This document shows positions 14,944-24,351 of a DNA stretch of 64,000 nucleotides, piece after piece (positions within the stretch are counted from its first letter, which is position 1; every line of letters begins with the position of its first letter). The stretch is from IMG/VR virus record IMGVR_UViG_3300020460_000012, one strand, 5' to 3'. The position numbers and the translations under genes are program-made. This DNA comes from a virus (lineage: Duplodnaviria; Caudoviricetes). Under the pieces are notes generated by a model. The model saw nothing but the letters and a program-made list of their open reading frames with translations. It was not told the origin of the DNA and did no database searches.

Positions 14944-15318
14944 ATGTTAACTAAAGATATAGAGAACAACTTCCCTTTTTTAAGCGTTGTAAACTACGGC
15001 GGACAAGAATATATCGGTATTGTAATTAATCAAGACGCTAGCGTTACTAGCATGTATGTGTATACAGAATTACATACTAAAGCAGAACAAGAAAGATTTT
15101 TAGAGCTAGGTGATGTATGGTGGTGGGAATCAAATAGAATGATTCCTATAAACATATTTTTAGCAATAGAAATGAAACCCTATAAGTATTGTATAATGAC
15201 AATGAATAGTAAAGATGTTAAAGTAAGTATAGGACCATGTGTTAATTTAAATAATTTAGCAGTCAAAAGAATTAAAAGAAAAAGTGTACAGCTAGTACGC
15301 AAACCTCCAAGAGACTAA
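14944..15318 (+). CDS. Conserved phage hypothetical protein
   Basis: ORF track; FPFLSVV...WWWESNRMIPINIFL. Confidence 0.75.
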   Translation: MLTKDIENNFPFLSVVNYGGQEYIGIVINQDASVTSMYVYTELHTKAEQERFLELGDVWWWESNRMIPINIFLAIEMKPYKYCIMTMNSKDVKVSIGPCVNLNNLAVKRIKRKSVQLVRKPPRD

Positions 15319-15548
15319 TCGTTTAAAGTCATTTTATATCTAATCCACATAAAGTAATCTATCACAAGTATTTGTAGTGCAATACCTATAGGAGTTAATG
15401 CAAACCCTAATAGGCCAGGAACAAAAATAATAAACATAAAAATATTTGTAATATATCCTAAACACTGTTCTTTAGGAACTTGCCACTTTAACCACGGTTG
15501 GGGTTCTTTAGGCCTTTTTGGCCTATAATCATATGCTTCCCAATCCAT
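15315..15548 (-). CDS. Small two-TM membrane protein
   Basis: ORF track; two hydrophobic segments. Confidence 0.6.
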   Translation of the reverse strand: MDWEAYDYRPKRPKEPQPWLKWQVPKEQCLGYITNIFMFIIFVPGLLGFALTPIGIALQILVIDYFMWIRYKMTLND

Positions 15549-16113
15549 CTTCGCTCTTTTCTAAGTTTTCACAGATTAAATTCATATGCACTACTACAGC
15601 TACAGCATAGCTAATTGCATGTGCTTTCTTAAAATAGTAATCACCGTTTGATGGTTTTGTCCATACTTCTTTCATTATCGTTGGCCACTGTTCGTTTGCT
15701 AGATGTCTCTTGGCTGGACGTATTATGGCTAGTGTTGCCGCTAATTGTTCTACCGAGGTAGGTTTCAATTGTCTCAATAGATCTCCGTGACCGTTGACGT
15801 GAAAGACTTGATCGACGAAGCTGTCGTGCTCCAATAGTTCCCATAATGGTTTCCTTTCTATTAATTGGGTTAAGTGTTCTTCATTTTTTATATCTTTGTA
15901 TATGCTCACATTTAAAAAGTCCAGTTTAAAATATCCTCGTTTTTCAGCTTCCTTGTGTTCAAGTGTTGCTAAATTATCAACAGGATTATGCGGAATTTCA
16001 TTAGCATAAATTCCTGTGTTATGTTTTTTGCCAGTATCTAACTTTGCAACTCTATGTTTAAGTTGATCTAGTATTACTGATCTATCAGCAAAATCTATAT
16101 CAATATCAGGCAT
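15529..16113 (-). CDS. Miniature DNA polymerase III alpha (DnaE)-like protein
   Basis: MPDIDIDF, KHNTGIY, GYFKLDFL, LAATLAIIRP and FKKAHAISYA are all DnaE signatures, within 194 aa. Confidence 0.8.
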   Translation of the reverse strand: MPDIDIDFADRSVILDQLKHRVAKLDTGKKHNTGIYANEIPHNPVDNLATLEHKEAEKRGYFKLDFLNVSIYKDIKNEEHLTQLIERKPLWELLEHDSFVDQVFHVNGHGDLLRQLKPTSVEQLAATLAIIRPAKRHLANEQWPTIMKEVWTKPSNGDYYFKKAHAISYAVAVVVHMNLICENLEKSEDGLGSI

Positions 16114-16363
16114 CTGGATTTCCTATGTACCAATCTTGTATTGTGTTTACCCTTACATCTCTTATAGCTTTTTTATCAAGAGCATACACTACTATGCTTG
16201 TACTTTCTGGGCGTATATTTTTTATAGCTAATTTTATATTATCCATAAGGTCCTGATTAAGAGTACATGGCATAATCCTAATTTCATTAGTATCAATTTT
16301 TTTAAAGGTAATTGTAACAACTCCTTTTTTTAATGCACGTACTAGTTGACTAAGATCTTGCAT
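16106..16363 (-). CDS. WYL-like/SH3-fold (DUF2693-like) protein
   Basis: VVTITFKK..TNEIR.MPCTL...VYALDKKAIRDVR pattern. Confidence 0.6.
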   Translation of the reverse strand: MQDLSQLVRALKKGVVTITFKKIDTNEIRIMPCTLNQDLMDNIKLAIKNIRPESTSIVVYALDKKAIRDVRVNTIQDWYIGNPDA

Positions 16364-16865
16364 TTTCTAACTCATATAACTTTTTATACTTTGCTGACTT
16401 TTTAATAGCCATATTCCATTTTAATTTACTACAACGATCTTTCATAGTAATACCAAGCAAATGATCTAGTTCGTGCAAGTAACACTTTGCACTATATCCA
16501 TCAATTTTAACAGTTTGCTTTTCTAAATTTTCATCATAAAATTCTGCAAGTATTTCTTTTGGTCTACGTAATTTTACATAGACATGAGGAAAACTTAGAC
16601 ATCCTTCTAAATCTATTACAGTGTCCTCAGTATACTGTACAACTGTTGGATTTATGCATATATTTGTATTGTCTGGTTTATCTCCCATTACAAAAACTTT
16701 TGCATCTAATCCTATCTGATTTGCACTTAATCCTATACCTTTGCTAGACAACATAAGATCTACCATTTGTTTGTGTAGCTCTTTTGGATCAAATCCAGGA
16801 TTTTCTAAATCAACTTCTTTGACTGTTTTTTCAAGCCAGTCATTTGGATAGTATAATAATTTCAT
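16350..16865 (-). CDS. def: Peptide deformylase (start revised to 16865)
   Basis: GIGLSANQIG, EGCLS and HELDH motifs. Confidence 0.93.
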   Translation of the reverse strand: MKLLYYPNDWLEKTVKEVDLENPGFDPKELHKQMVDLMLSSKGIGLSANQIGLDAKVFVMGDKPDNTNICINPTVVQYTEDTVIDLEGCLSFPHVYVKLRRPKEILAEFYDENLEKQTVKIDGYSAKCYLHELDHLLGITMKDRCSKLKWNMAIKKSAKYKKLYELENARS

Positions 16866-17224
16866 AATTCGTATTCTTGCCAATCTATATTATTAAGCCC
16901 TTCATCACGCTTTAAATTTACAGCATGAGCTTTAACTCTGCCCTTCCAGTTTATATCATTAATTAGCACTCTGCCTGTGTCAGCATAACCCATTAATAGA
17001 ACATCATAAGGAATACCAAATTTTTGCAATGTTGCTTCTGTTATATCTCTTACACTTTCTCTTCTTCCTGTAATAAGAATAATTCTGCAACCTTTCATTT
17101 CCCATTCTGTAAATTTATCAAGTACACCCGGAAGCATTTCTGGATTTACATTTACTAAGTCATAATGTCCATTTGGTGAATATTTAAATAGAGTTCCATC
17201 TATATCACATATTATTGTTTTCAC
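16862..17224 (-). CDS. HAD-superfamily phosphatase (capless, PNKP-phosphatase-like)
   Basis: ICDIDGTL, LITGR and INDIN motifs. Confidence 0.8.
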   Translation of the reverse strand: MKTIICDIDGTLFKYSPNGHYDLVNVNPEMLPGVLDKFTEWEMKGCRIILITGRRESVRDITEATLQKFGIPYDVLLMGYADTGRVLINDINWKGRVKAHAVNLKRDEGLNNIDWQEYEL

Positions 17225-17592
17225 ATTATTCCTTTCTTACGCATATCATCTCTAATTTTACTAGCACTTATCTCATGCATTTTTTTACCTAACTTATGTT
17301 CTGTAAAAGTATATCCTACATCTCTGCCATAACTTATATCTACAATATTAGGTACTTTCATTATAACATACTCTTTGTCATATGTAAAGCTTTCTTTTTT
17401 TAATTCTTTAATTATATTATCAGCAACTTCTATAGTATTAAATGGATTATCTTGCCAGCCTTGGACATCTCTTATCATAATACATACCTGTCCTTCTTTG
17501 GCTAATGCTTTTTTAAAAAGTTCAGTGTGTCCTTTATGCCACGGTTGCCAGCGTCCTAACATCTGCACTGTAGGTTTTTTCCAATCAAACAT
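17221..17592 (-). CDS. HxGH (cytidylyltransferase-like) nucleotidyltransferase
   Basis: GRWQPWHKGH and ISASKIR motifs. Confidence 0.8.
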   Translation of the reverse strand: MFDWKKPTVQMLGRWQPWHKGHTELFKKALAKEGQVCIMIRDVQGWQDNPFNTIEVADNIIKELKKESFTYDKEYVIMKVPNIVDISYGRDVGYTFTEHKLGKKMHEISASKIRDDMRKKGIM

Positions 17593-18010
17593 TTTTTTTC
17601 GCCCTAAATCTTTTTAATACATCTGCAAGTTGAACATGTGTATCATTAAACCATTGTGCTACATGGTAGTCCCATTCCAATGGCTTTTCAAACATAACAT
17701 TAGTATCTTCGTATCTGCTTTTTTCAATAGTATCCATCCATACTTCAAAATCAGCTTTATACTTTATCCTAGTTAGAAATGTTGGAGCAACAAAATCTGC
17801 TACTGCTATTTTACCCGCACTTACTACACCGTCTGCTAGATATCGCATACGTTCTGCTTGCCTTATCCTACCTTCAGGACTAAAGTCCCAATCATGATAT
17901 CTTTCACGTACTTCATCGGCATTAATCCATACTCCTCCTATTTCTTTAGCAAAAGGTTCTGCTAAAGTTGTTTTGCCACTTCCAGGCAATCCGAAAATTA
18001 AGATCCTCAT
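17585..18010 (-). CDS. Adenylylsulfate-kinase (CysC)-like P-loop kinase
   Basis: GLPGSGKTT, INADEVR, DFSPEGRIRQAERM and FEKP motifs. Confidence 0.7.
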   Translation of the reverse strand: MRILIFGLPGSGKTTLAEPFAKEIGGVWINADEVRERYHDWDFSPEGRIRQAERMRYLADGVVSAGKIAVADFVAPTFLTRIKYKADFEVWMDTIEKSRYEDTNVMFEKPLEWDYHVAQWFNDTHVQLADVLKRFRAKKNV

Positions 18011-18699
18011 AGATTAGACTCCTTTGCAACATCTTTAACTAGTTGAACATCGTTAGGCTGCCTTTTAAATCTTATAGCCCAATGCTCAGGATCAATCATA
18101 GGATATATAATTTCTAGTTGTTCATCATTAAACTTGCCTAGCATGTCTTTACCGCTAGTACAATTTAGTATTAACCACGGACTAATCTTACCATCTCTTA
18201 TATGCCATACTGCTCTATTTAAACTTACATACTTAAAATAATGATTCCACGGGGCTTGTTCTTGTTCGTCTGCCCATTCCATCATAGTCATTACGCTACG
18301 TTCTAGTGCAGTTTCAACTCCTTCTTTCTTAATAAGATTGATAGCATATTTTTCATACATCTCTTCTCTGCACCAGTGATCTAGTTTTACTCCACTAGTT
18401 ACTACATGATCGATATATTTTTCTGGATACAAAGGCCTAACATTACTTACAAAACTACCAAACTTAACAAATGCATTGTAGTAAGGACTTTTATCAAATT
18501 CATCATACGTTTTGTCTTTCTTACTTCCTGCACTTAATTTATAGAATTTGTTAAATGCAATCAATCCAAGTTGTACACGCTTTTCTCCACGTTGTAAAAA
18601 TCTCCTTTTAGGTTGACACATATGTACAGCTAATGTTTTTTCACGAGTGAACCCTACGCCACAATATTCACATATGTATGGCTTTTCAGAGTTTGACAT
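18007..18699 (-). CDS. Conserved phage protein with an N-terminal C2H2/C2HC zinc finger (start revised)
   Basis: YICEYCGVGFTREKTLAVHMC. Confidence 0.7.
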   Translation of the reverse strand: MSNSEKPYICEYCGVGFTREKTLAVHMCQPKRRFLQRGEKRVQLGLIAFNKFYKLSAGSKKDKTYDEFDKSPYYNAFVKFGSFVSNVRPLYPEKYIDHVVTSGVKLDHWCREEMYEKYAINLIKKEGVETALERSVMTMMEWADEQEQAPWNHYFKYVSLNRAVWHIRDGKISPWLILNCTSGKDMLGKFNDEQLEIIYPMIDPEHWAIRFKRQPNDVQLVKDVAKESNL

Positions 18700-19144
18700 T
18701 CTCGATTCCGTGTTCTTCTGCAAGTTGTAAGAGTTCTTTTTTTGTAGATATTCTAGCAAGTAATTCTACCTCGTCTATTTTCATGTTTGGATAAATGTCT
18801 TGAATTAATTTTTCGCCTTTGCTGTTATCGCTTGTTTTCTTTTTGAATCCGATCCATTTGTGAAATTCAATTTTGCCTGTTGCACCGCTTGTGCATAATA
18901 GTTGCCATTGTAATTTAGGATGCCTTGTACCTAGTACATTAAAGTTTTTGTTGTAGTATTCGTTTGTTTTAAATACAGCTAGTTCTTGTTTTTCTCTATT
19001 ACCAGTTACACTACTAGCATATCTATTAAGTAACCAAAAGCTAACCTGTTTACGCTCATCTTCAGATAGTTCGTCCCAGACACTTTTTGCGTTCATATCA
19101 ATTGCCGCAAGTATATCTTTTACTGGGAGTTTTTGCTGTGCCAT
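18686..19144 (-). CDS. Clamp-loader small subunit (T4 gp62)-like protein
   Basis: FWLLNRYAS...NEYYN...HPKLQWQLL pattern resembles gp62 homologues. Confidence 0.55.
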   Translation of the reverse strand: MAQQKLPVKDILAAIDMNAKSVWDELSEDERKQVSFWLLNRYASSVTGNREKQELAVFKTNEYYNKNFNVLGTRHPKLQWQLLCTSGATGKIEFHKWIGFKKKTSDNSKGEKLIQDIYPNMKIDEVELLARISTKKELLQLAEEHGIENVKL

Positions 19145-19833
19145 TCTTTCAAGTCCTCAGGAGTATTAATCTCCATACCATTATATTGTACACTCAAACA
19201 GCCTATTTGCCAACCACTTTTTAACCAGCGTAACTGTTCTAATTTTTCAACATCTTCTTCTTGAGAAACTACTAAATTTGGATAAACACTTAATGCATTA
19301 CGTGTATATCCATATACACCTAGGTGCCATTCTCCATAACCTGTAAGTCCCCTACCAAACCATAATGCTTGATCACCTGCACGTACCATTTTTACTGTGC
19401 TTGGGTCATTCTGTTTTTCTTTTGGCATGTTTGTAAACACTGTAGTAATAGGATAGTTTTTTAATTGCCAAATACATTTTTCAATTATACTTACAGTAAT
19501 ATCAGGCATATCACCTTGCACATTTACAAATTGATCGTAGTCATAATCCCAACCATAACCAGTAGCATGTAATTTCTGCCTTTGCATTTCTGCCATATAT
19601 CCAGCACATCTTTCTGTACCATTTTCGAATGGAGTATCATCTACCCATACATTTCCTTCGGGAAATAAACTAGCTACACGCCTACTATCTGTAAGCACAA
19701 AGGTGTCTAAGCCCGTCTCTAAGCAACGATCGTACACTCTACGTATCATCGGTACACCATTTAATAGTTTTAATGGTTTATCAGGAAAGCGAGTTGATCC
19801 GATTCTAGCTGGAATTAGAATAGCTGTATTCAT
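19120..19833 (-). CDS. kdsB: CMP-Kdo synthetase (3-deoxy-manno-octulosonate cytidylyltransferase)
   Basis: IPARIGSTRFPDKPL, GTERC, VNVQGD, HLGVYGY and LEQLRWL motifs. Confidence 0.92.
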   Translation of the reverse strand: MNTAILIPARIGSTRFPDKPLKLLNGVPMIRRVYDRCLETGLDTFVLTDSRRVASLFPEGNVWVDDTPFENGTERCAGYMAEMQRQKLHATGYGWDYDYDQFVNVQGDMPDITVSIIEKCIWQLKNYPITTVFTNMPKEKQNDPSTVKMVRAGDQALWFGRGLTGYGEWHLGVYGYTRNALSVYPNLVVSQEEDVEKLEQLRWLKSGWQIGCLSVQYNGMEINTPEDLKEWHSKNSQ

Positions 19834-20587
19834 GTATCTCTCCTACTACTTTATCAAAGTCCTCTAGTCTTAACATATTAGGACCATCACTTGGTGCATT
19901 ATCAGGATCTGGATGAACTTCTAAAAAGAAATTTGTAATCCCCAAAGCACTACCTGCACGACATAAGCCAGGAACGTAATCGCGATTGCCGCCGCTACTG
20001 CCTCCAAGACCGCCTGGTTTTTGTACTCCGTGCGTGGCATCAAGTACCACAGGGGTACTATAATTATTAAGCATATAGTCCAAACCAGTAAAGTCAACAA
20101 CAAGAGTATTATATCCAAAACTTGTTCCTCTCTCTGTTATCCAAACTTCTTTGGCACCTTCTGTCTTTGACAGAATACCTTCCATGTCCCAGGGTGCAAG
20201 GAACTGGCCTTTCTTAATATTAACTATCTTATTTGTCTTACAAGCCGCCTGTACTAAGTCAGTTTGTCTACACAAGAAAGCTGGTATTTGTATAACATCA
20301 ATTACATTATCATAGTAATGATGTATGTCATGAATATGTTCAATTGTATGAACATCAGTCAGTATTTTTACACCTGTTTGTTCTTTGATATGTTCAAAGT
20401 CTGTAAGTGTAATTGCAAAACCCTGGCCACGTTTCCCACCAATGCTACTTCTGTTAGCTTTATCAAAACTGGCTTTAAAATAGTAATCTGCTCCGTATTT
20501 GTCGCAAACATCTTTACATGTTTGAGCAATTAATAAACTATGTTCTAGAGACTCATGTTGGCAAGGGCCTGCAATTATTCTAATCAT
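19805..20587 (-). CDS. kdsA: Kdo 8-phosphate synthase (start revised to 20587)
   Basis: IAGPC, KASFDKANRSS, QIPAFLCRQTDL, KKGQF, ERGTSFGY, DATH and PSDGP motifs. Confidence 0.95.
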   Translation of the reverse strand: MIRIIAGPCQHESLEHSLLIAQTCKDVCDKYGADYYFKASFDKANRSSIGGKRGQGFAITLTDFEHIKEQTGVKILTDVHTIEHIHDIHHYYDNVIDVIQIPAFLCRQTDLVQAACKTNKIVNIKKGQFLAPWDMEGILSKTEGAKEVWITERGTSFGYNTLVVDFTGLDYMLNNYSTPVVLDATHGVQKPGGLGGSSGGNRDYVPGLCRAGSALGITNFFLEVHPDPDNAPSDGPNMLRLEDFDKVVGEIHEYSYSNSS

Positions 20588-20969
20588 CTTTTTTCTCCGG
20601 GGGCATTGTAAATAAAGCATTTACATTGTCATCTATTGGTATAGGTTTGCGAGCAAAGACACACCATTTATATGCCCACATTGTATCTTTAGTAGTGCAA
20701 AAATTTTTAAAACTTGTTCCTGTTGTATATACATCATCTACAACCATCCAAGGATGATCACCTTTAGTAACATATTCTTCCATTGCTTTTTGTAATGGAA
20801 GTCCGCCTCTTGGTATTCCTATTACTTTACTAAAAGGTTCATGTTGGTACGTCATAATCATTTTTGCAATACAACGCCATTCAGCATCACTTATAGCATC
20901 ACACTCTAATTTCCATTGTAACGGTAATCCTGCATGGCTTATAAAATCTCCATCCTGGAACAAATTCAT
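20580..20969 (-). CDS. Type I phosphoribosyltransferase-like protein
   Basis: IGIPRGG and VVDDVYTTGTS PRPP-binding motif. Confidence 0.8.
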   Translation of the reverse strand: MNLFQDGDFISHAGLPLQWKLECDAISDAEWRCIAKMIMTYQHEPFSKVIGIPRGGLPLQKAMEEYVTKGDHPWMVVDDVYTTGTSFKNFCTTKDTMWAYKWCVFARKPIPIDDNVNALFTMPPEKKDD

Positions 20970-21106
20970 TTTTTCTTTTTCCTTCTTTTTCTTCTTAGTT
21001 TATCATATAATTTTCTTGTCCTTGTAAAAACAATATCTTTAACTGTCTTTCTTCTTTGCCTTGCATTTTCACTTTTGTGAATTCTATCTGCACGACTTTC
21101 AGTCAT
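20966..21106 (-). CDS. 46-aa very basic peptide (not in ORF track)
   Basis: MTESRADRIHKSENARQRRKTVKDIVFTRTRKLYDKLRRKRRKKKK; GGAG RBS; ATGA overlap with the next gene. Confidence 0.7.
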   Translation of the reverse strand: MTESRADRIHKSENARQRRKTVKDIVFTRTRKLYDKLRRKRRKKKK

Positions 21107-21109
21107 AAG

Positions 21110-21391
21110 TTACTCCTTTTTTGTATCCTTTGCTAACAGATAAATGTCAAGTATTTTGTGCAAATATCTTGACAATGCTTTGTTTGTTTTTGCCATTTCG
21201 TTTATATCCTGCCAGTCTTTATATGTGAATAAGTCCCCTTGTTCTTTAGCTACAGCTCTTTCACATGCTTCAGGATATCCTCCTACCACCCATCTAGGAA
21301 TATTTCTATATGGGTCATCTCTATAACGTGCATAAACTACGTCATCTACTCTTTCGTATATTAATGCTTGTCCGGGTACCAAGCTTCCCAT
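21110..21391 (-). CDS. Conserved phage hypothetical protein
   Basis: ORF track; operon coupling. Confidence 0.7.
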   Translation of the reverse strand: MGSLVPGQALIYERVDDVVYARYRDDPYRNIPRWVVGGYPEACERAVAKEQGDLFTYKDWQDINEMAKTNKALSRYLHKILDIYLLAKDTKKE

Positions 21392-21756
21392 TATTTGACC
21401 TGCGTACCAATAGTTCTACGCACTATATCATCATGAGCAAATTCTGCCCAATATAGTTCAAATGCTACACCGTCTTTCAAACCTTCAAACTGATGTATCT
21501 TGCCTGGTTTTACTTGGGTGAAGTCGCCTGCTTTTAGTATAGTTTCGTCAACTAAGCCTTCTTGTGCGCCATCTTGCCAAACACGTATTAACATTTCTCC
21601 TGACTCAACAAAAAAGCCATTCCATTTAAATTGATGCTCATGTTCTGAACATTTGTAACCTGCTTTAAATTCTATACGGTGAAACTCAAGAACACCGTTT
21701 GCATGGACTAACTCTGTGTTACCCCAAATTTTACCAGCCTTAATTCCCATCATCAT
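21391..21756 (-). CDS. Cupin-fold protein (sugar isomerase-like)
   Basis: KIWG...CSEHEHQFKWNGFFVESGEM...PGKIHQF. Confidence 0.8.
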   Translation of the reverse strand: MMMGIKAGKIWGNTELVHANGVLEFHRIEFKAGYKCSEHEHQFKWNGFFVESGEMLIRVWQDGAQEGLVDETILKAGDFTQVKPGKIHQFEGLKDGVAFELYWAEFAHDDIVRRTIGTQVK

Positions 21757-21759
21757 CTC

Positions 21760-22371
21760 CTATATGATATATTCTTTCATGTACTCACATGCTTCTTTGA
21801 ATGTGAGATATCTGCCGCCTCGTACATTATGATCTCCGGGTACAAAACACAATGTCCAGCGTGGTTCGTTAGTAGGATTATATGTTGAATGTAATTGTCC
21901 TACGTTTAATAAACTAGGTGTGTTAGTGCCACACTCGTATACTAATGTGCAATCTTCTTTTTTTGCAAGTAAGTTTGTGTGTTGTCTTTCACTAAAATCA
22001 TCATCCGGTTGTAATTCTTCACCTAGCATTTCTTTTGCAGACTCTAAGTCTGTAATTTGTTTTGCATTTGCTGATTCCCACCATCTTACTGTGCCTTCCT
22101 TAGGTCCCCAAGTTACATTAATTTTAGCACGATTATCTATAGTAAGATCATCAGCATGAATAGGCAATTCTCCTCCGTTAGGTGGAGTATAAAATACTTC
22201 TGTATGGTTGCAATGTAGCCCTATACTTGCAAGCCATTTATCCATAGCCTCGTCTTTATAAGGCCAAATATCAATGTGTTGCATACTGTCTGGTACAGTT
22301 TCACATAATGGATGTTTAGATATTTCAAACGGTAAATTTAAATATCTATGATATATGTTTTCTTGTTCCAA
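21760..22371 (-). CDS. Hypothetical protein, possible double-stranded beta-helix oxygenase
   Basis: PIHAD ... NVGQLHS ... RWTL pattern (HxD...H...R). Confidence 0.5.
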   Translation of the reverse strand: MEQENIYHRYLNLPFEISKHPLCETVPDSMQHIDIWPYKDEAMDKWLASIGLHCNHTEVFYTPPNGGELPIHADDLTIDNRAKINVTWGPKEGTVRWWESANAKQITDLESAKEMLGEELQPDDDFSERQHTNLLAKKEDCTLVYECGTNTPSLLNVGQLHSTYNPTNEPRWTLCFVPGDHNVRGGRYLTFKEACEYMKEYII

Positions 22372-22383
22372 TTATCTCCCTTT

Positions 22384-22890
22384 CTAAACTAATTTTGAAT
22401 ACTCTATAACTTCACACTGTCGTGATATATCCTTTACAAAAAATGCACATTTAGGTCTTTCGCCTTGTGTGATTGGTATTGTTAATAATTGTCCATTTTT
22501 CATTTTTGGAAAATACCATTTTACGTCTGTGTAGAAGTTAACGATATTTATTGGTGCAAAGTCTATCTTGTAGCTCGATAATGGATTAAATAAAAAAGCT
22601 TCAAAGCCTCTATCATTTAAACTAGTTAAAGGAAGTATTTCTAAATCATTTCCACTTTCCGAACAACCTACAGCGATACTCCAATCGACAGGCATTGTTA
22701 TTTCTTGCCCAGCAATGTTTAATACCATAGCTGGAGAACTAAATGATTCTAAAAAAATCAATGGAACAAAAAAGAAATCTGGATTCTGTGGATCTGAATT
22801 ATCAAGTACGCTAAAACGTACATCGTCATCTATTTGTTCTGGTAAGTCCTCTAAACTAAAGCATTTATTTTCTAATGTTAATATTCTCAT
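22384..22890 (-). CDS. Conserved phage hypothetical protein
   Basis: ORF track; directly follows uvsW. Confidence 0.7.
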   Translation of the reverse strand: MRILTLENKCFSLEDLPEQIDDDVRFSVLDNSDPQNPDFFFVPLIFLESFSSPAMVLNIAGQEITMPVDWSIAVGCSESGNDLEILPLTSLNDRGFEAFLFNPLSSYKIDFAPINIVNFYTDVKWYFPKMKNGQLLTIPITQGERPKCAFFVKDISRQCEVIEYSKLV

Positions 22891-22893
22891 GTA

Positions 22894-24351
22894 CTAATTC
22901 CAATCAACCTTTTCTATGGTGAAGGGGTATTGAGCCTCCTTATAAAACTTCTTACGTTGTGTCAAATGTCGCTTCGCAAACTTACACGTAGAAGTTATAT
23001 CCCATATTTGCACGAAGTCTTTATCTTTTGCCTTTCTTACGCCTCTGCCTATTGATTGAATTACTCTTACAAATGACTTGCCTGGTTCAATTAGTACTAA
23101 ATTAAATATCCTAGGAATATTAATACCAACAGCCGCAACTCCGTAAGTAGCAATTATTACTTTGTTTGTTGCGTCTTGTATTTCGTCATATGTATCTTTT
23201 CTATCTTTTAACTTTACATCGCCTTTTATAAAAACACTATCTGGTATAATTTCTTGGAGCATTTCTCCTGCACTAATTCTATCAACTAAAATAAGTGTGT
23301 TGCCTGACTGTGATACTGAGTTTAAAAGTTTGCCTATATATTCAATCCTGTTAGTATTTGTAACAAGATATTTTAATTCTTCTTGATAGTTACTATGTGC
23401 TACTGTGTCAATTAACTGAACTACATTCACATGGCAGTCTGACAACACACCTTTGTCTTGTAATTCTTTAGCACTAATGTTTCCTATAACTGGACCTAAA
23501 CTTGCATGTATACTTTCAAACTCAAACTTTTCTTTAGGTATAGTGCCTGTTAGTCCCCAGCGTATTGGAGCATTACGTAAATTTTGTGTCAATAACTTTT
23601 TAAGTACTTCTGCTTTAGCTTGGTGTACTTCGTCGATAATTATAGTGCTTACACCTTCTAAGAACTCTGCAAGTGATAACACTGCATCTCCGTCTTTATG
23701 TTTCTTGTCAAGTATATTAAGACTTTGCCAAGTACATATAGTGTGAGTCTTACCTAATTCCTTCCTATCGCCGAAGTACACCCCTACATCTAGACCACAA
23801 TTTATGTAGTCCTCCTCCGTCTGTGTAACAAGACTTTTGTTTGGTACAACTACTATGCTACGCCCATATGGCTCAACTAATTTACTTAATGTTGCAGTAA
23901 TTATTGTCTTACCTGCGCCTGTTGCAACCTCTTGTAAGCTTTGAGGATTTTGTAGGAAATTGTTTATAGTTTCAACTTGATAGTCTCTTAATTTAATTTT
24001 TTCTCCTTCTGCAGGATGTCCTTTTGGCCATGTTTTATCTTGCCAAAAGTCTTCTGTAATATCTGTAAAGTCTAAGGTAACAGGATGCCTGTTGTCTTGT
24101 ATATCGATAATCTCAACATTATTTCGTTGTAAAATGTCCACGATAGTATCAAGATGATTAACATATCCAGTACCACCAATGCCGAAAAAATTAACTTTAC
24201 CATCCCACCTTCCTAACTTATACTGTGGCATATATCGTGCATAAGGAACCTCGAACTTGAGTGCATTTGCAATCTTTCTACGTATGTCAACTTCAAGTCC
24301 TTCTAACTTAATGTTGACTTCATCCTGTATCACTAATCTACAACTAGCCAT
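22894..24351 (-). CDS. uvsW: UvsW-like superfamily 2 helicase (start revised to 24351)
   Basis: ATGAGKT, IIDEVH, GLTGT and QSIGRGVR motifs. Confidence 0.9.
   Translation of the reverse strand: MASCRLVIQDEVNIKLEGLEVDIRRKIANALKFEVPYARYMPQYKLGRWDGKVNFFGIGGTGYVNHLDTIVDILQRNNVEIIDIQDNRHPVTLDFTDITEDFWQDKTWPKGHPAEGEKIKLRDYQVETINNFLQNPQSLQEVATGAGKTIITATLSKLVEPYGRSIVVVPNKSLVTQTEEDYINCGLDVGVYFGDRKELGKTHTICTWQSLNILDKKHKDGDAVLSLAEFLEGVSTIIIDEVHQAKAEVLKKLLTQNLRNAPIRWGLTGTIPKEKFEFESIHASLGPVIGNISAKELQDKGVLSDCHVNVVQLIDTVAHSNYQEELKYLVTNTNRIEYIGKLLNSVSQSGNTLILVDRISAGEMLQEIIPDSVFIKGDVKLKDRKDTYDEIQDATNKVIIATYGVAAVGINIPRIFNLVLIEPGKSFVRVIQSIGRGVRKAKDKDFVQIWDITSTCKFAKRHLTQRKKFYKEAQYPFTIEKVDWN

Noticed and set aside
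16350-16865. Peptide deformylase as a novelty
   Set aside because: Already well known in marine T4-like phages.
16862-17224. HAD phosphatase as KdsC
   Set aside because: It lacks the DVDGVLTDG and GD..D KdsC signatures and looks PNKP-phosphatase-like.
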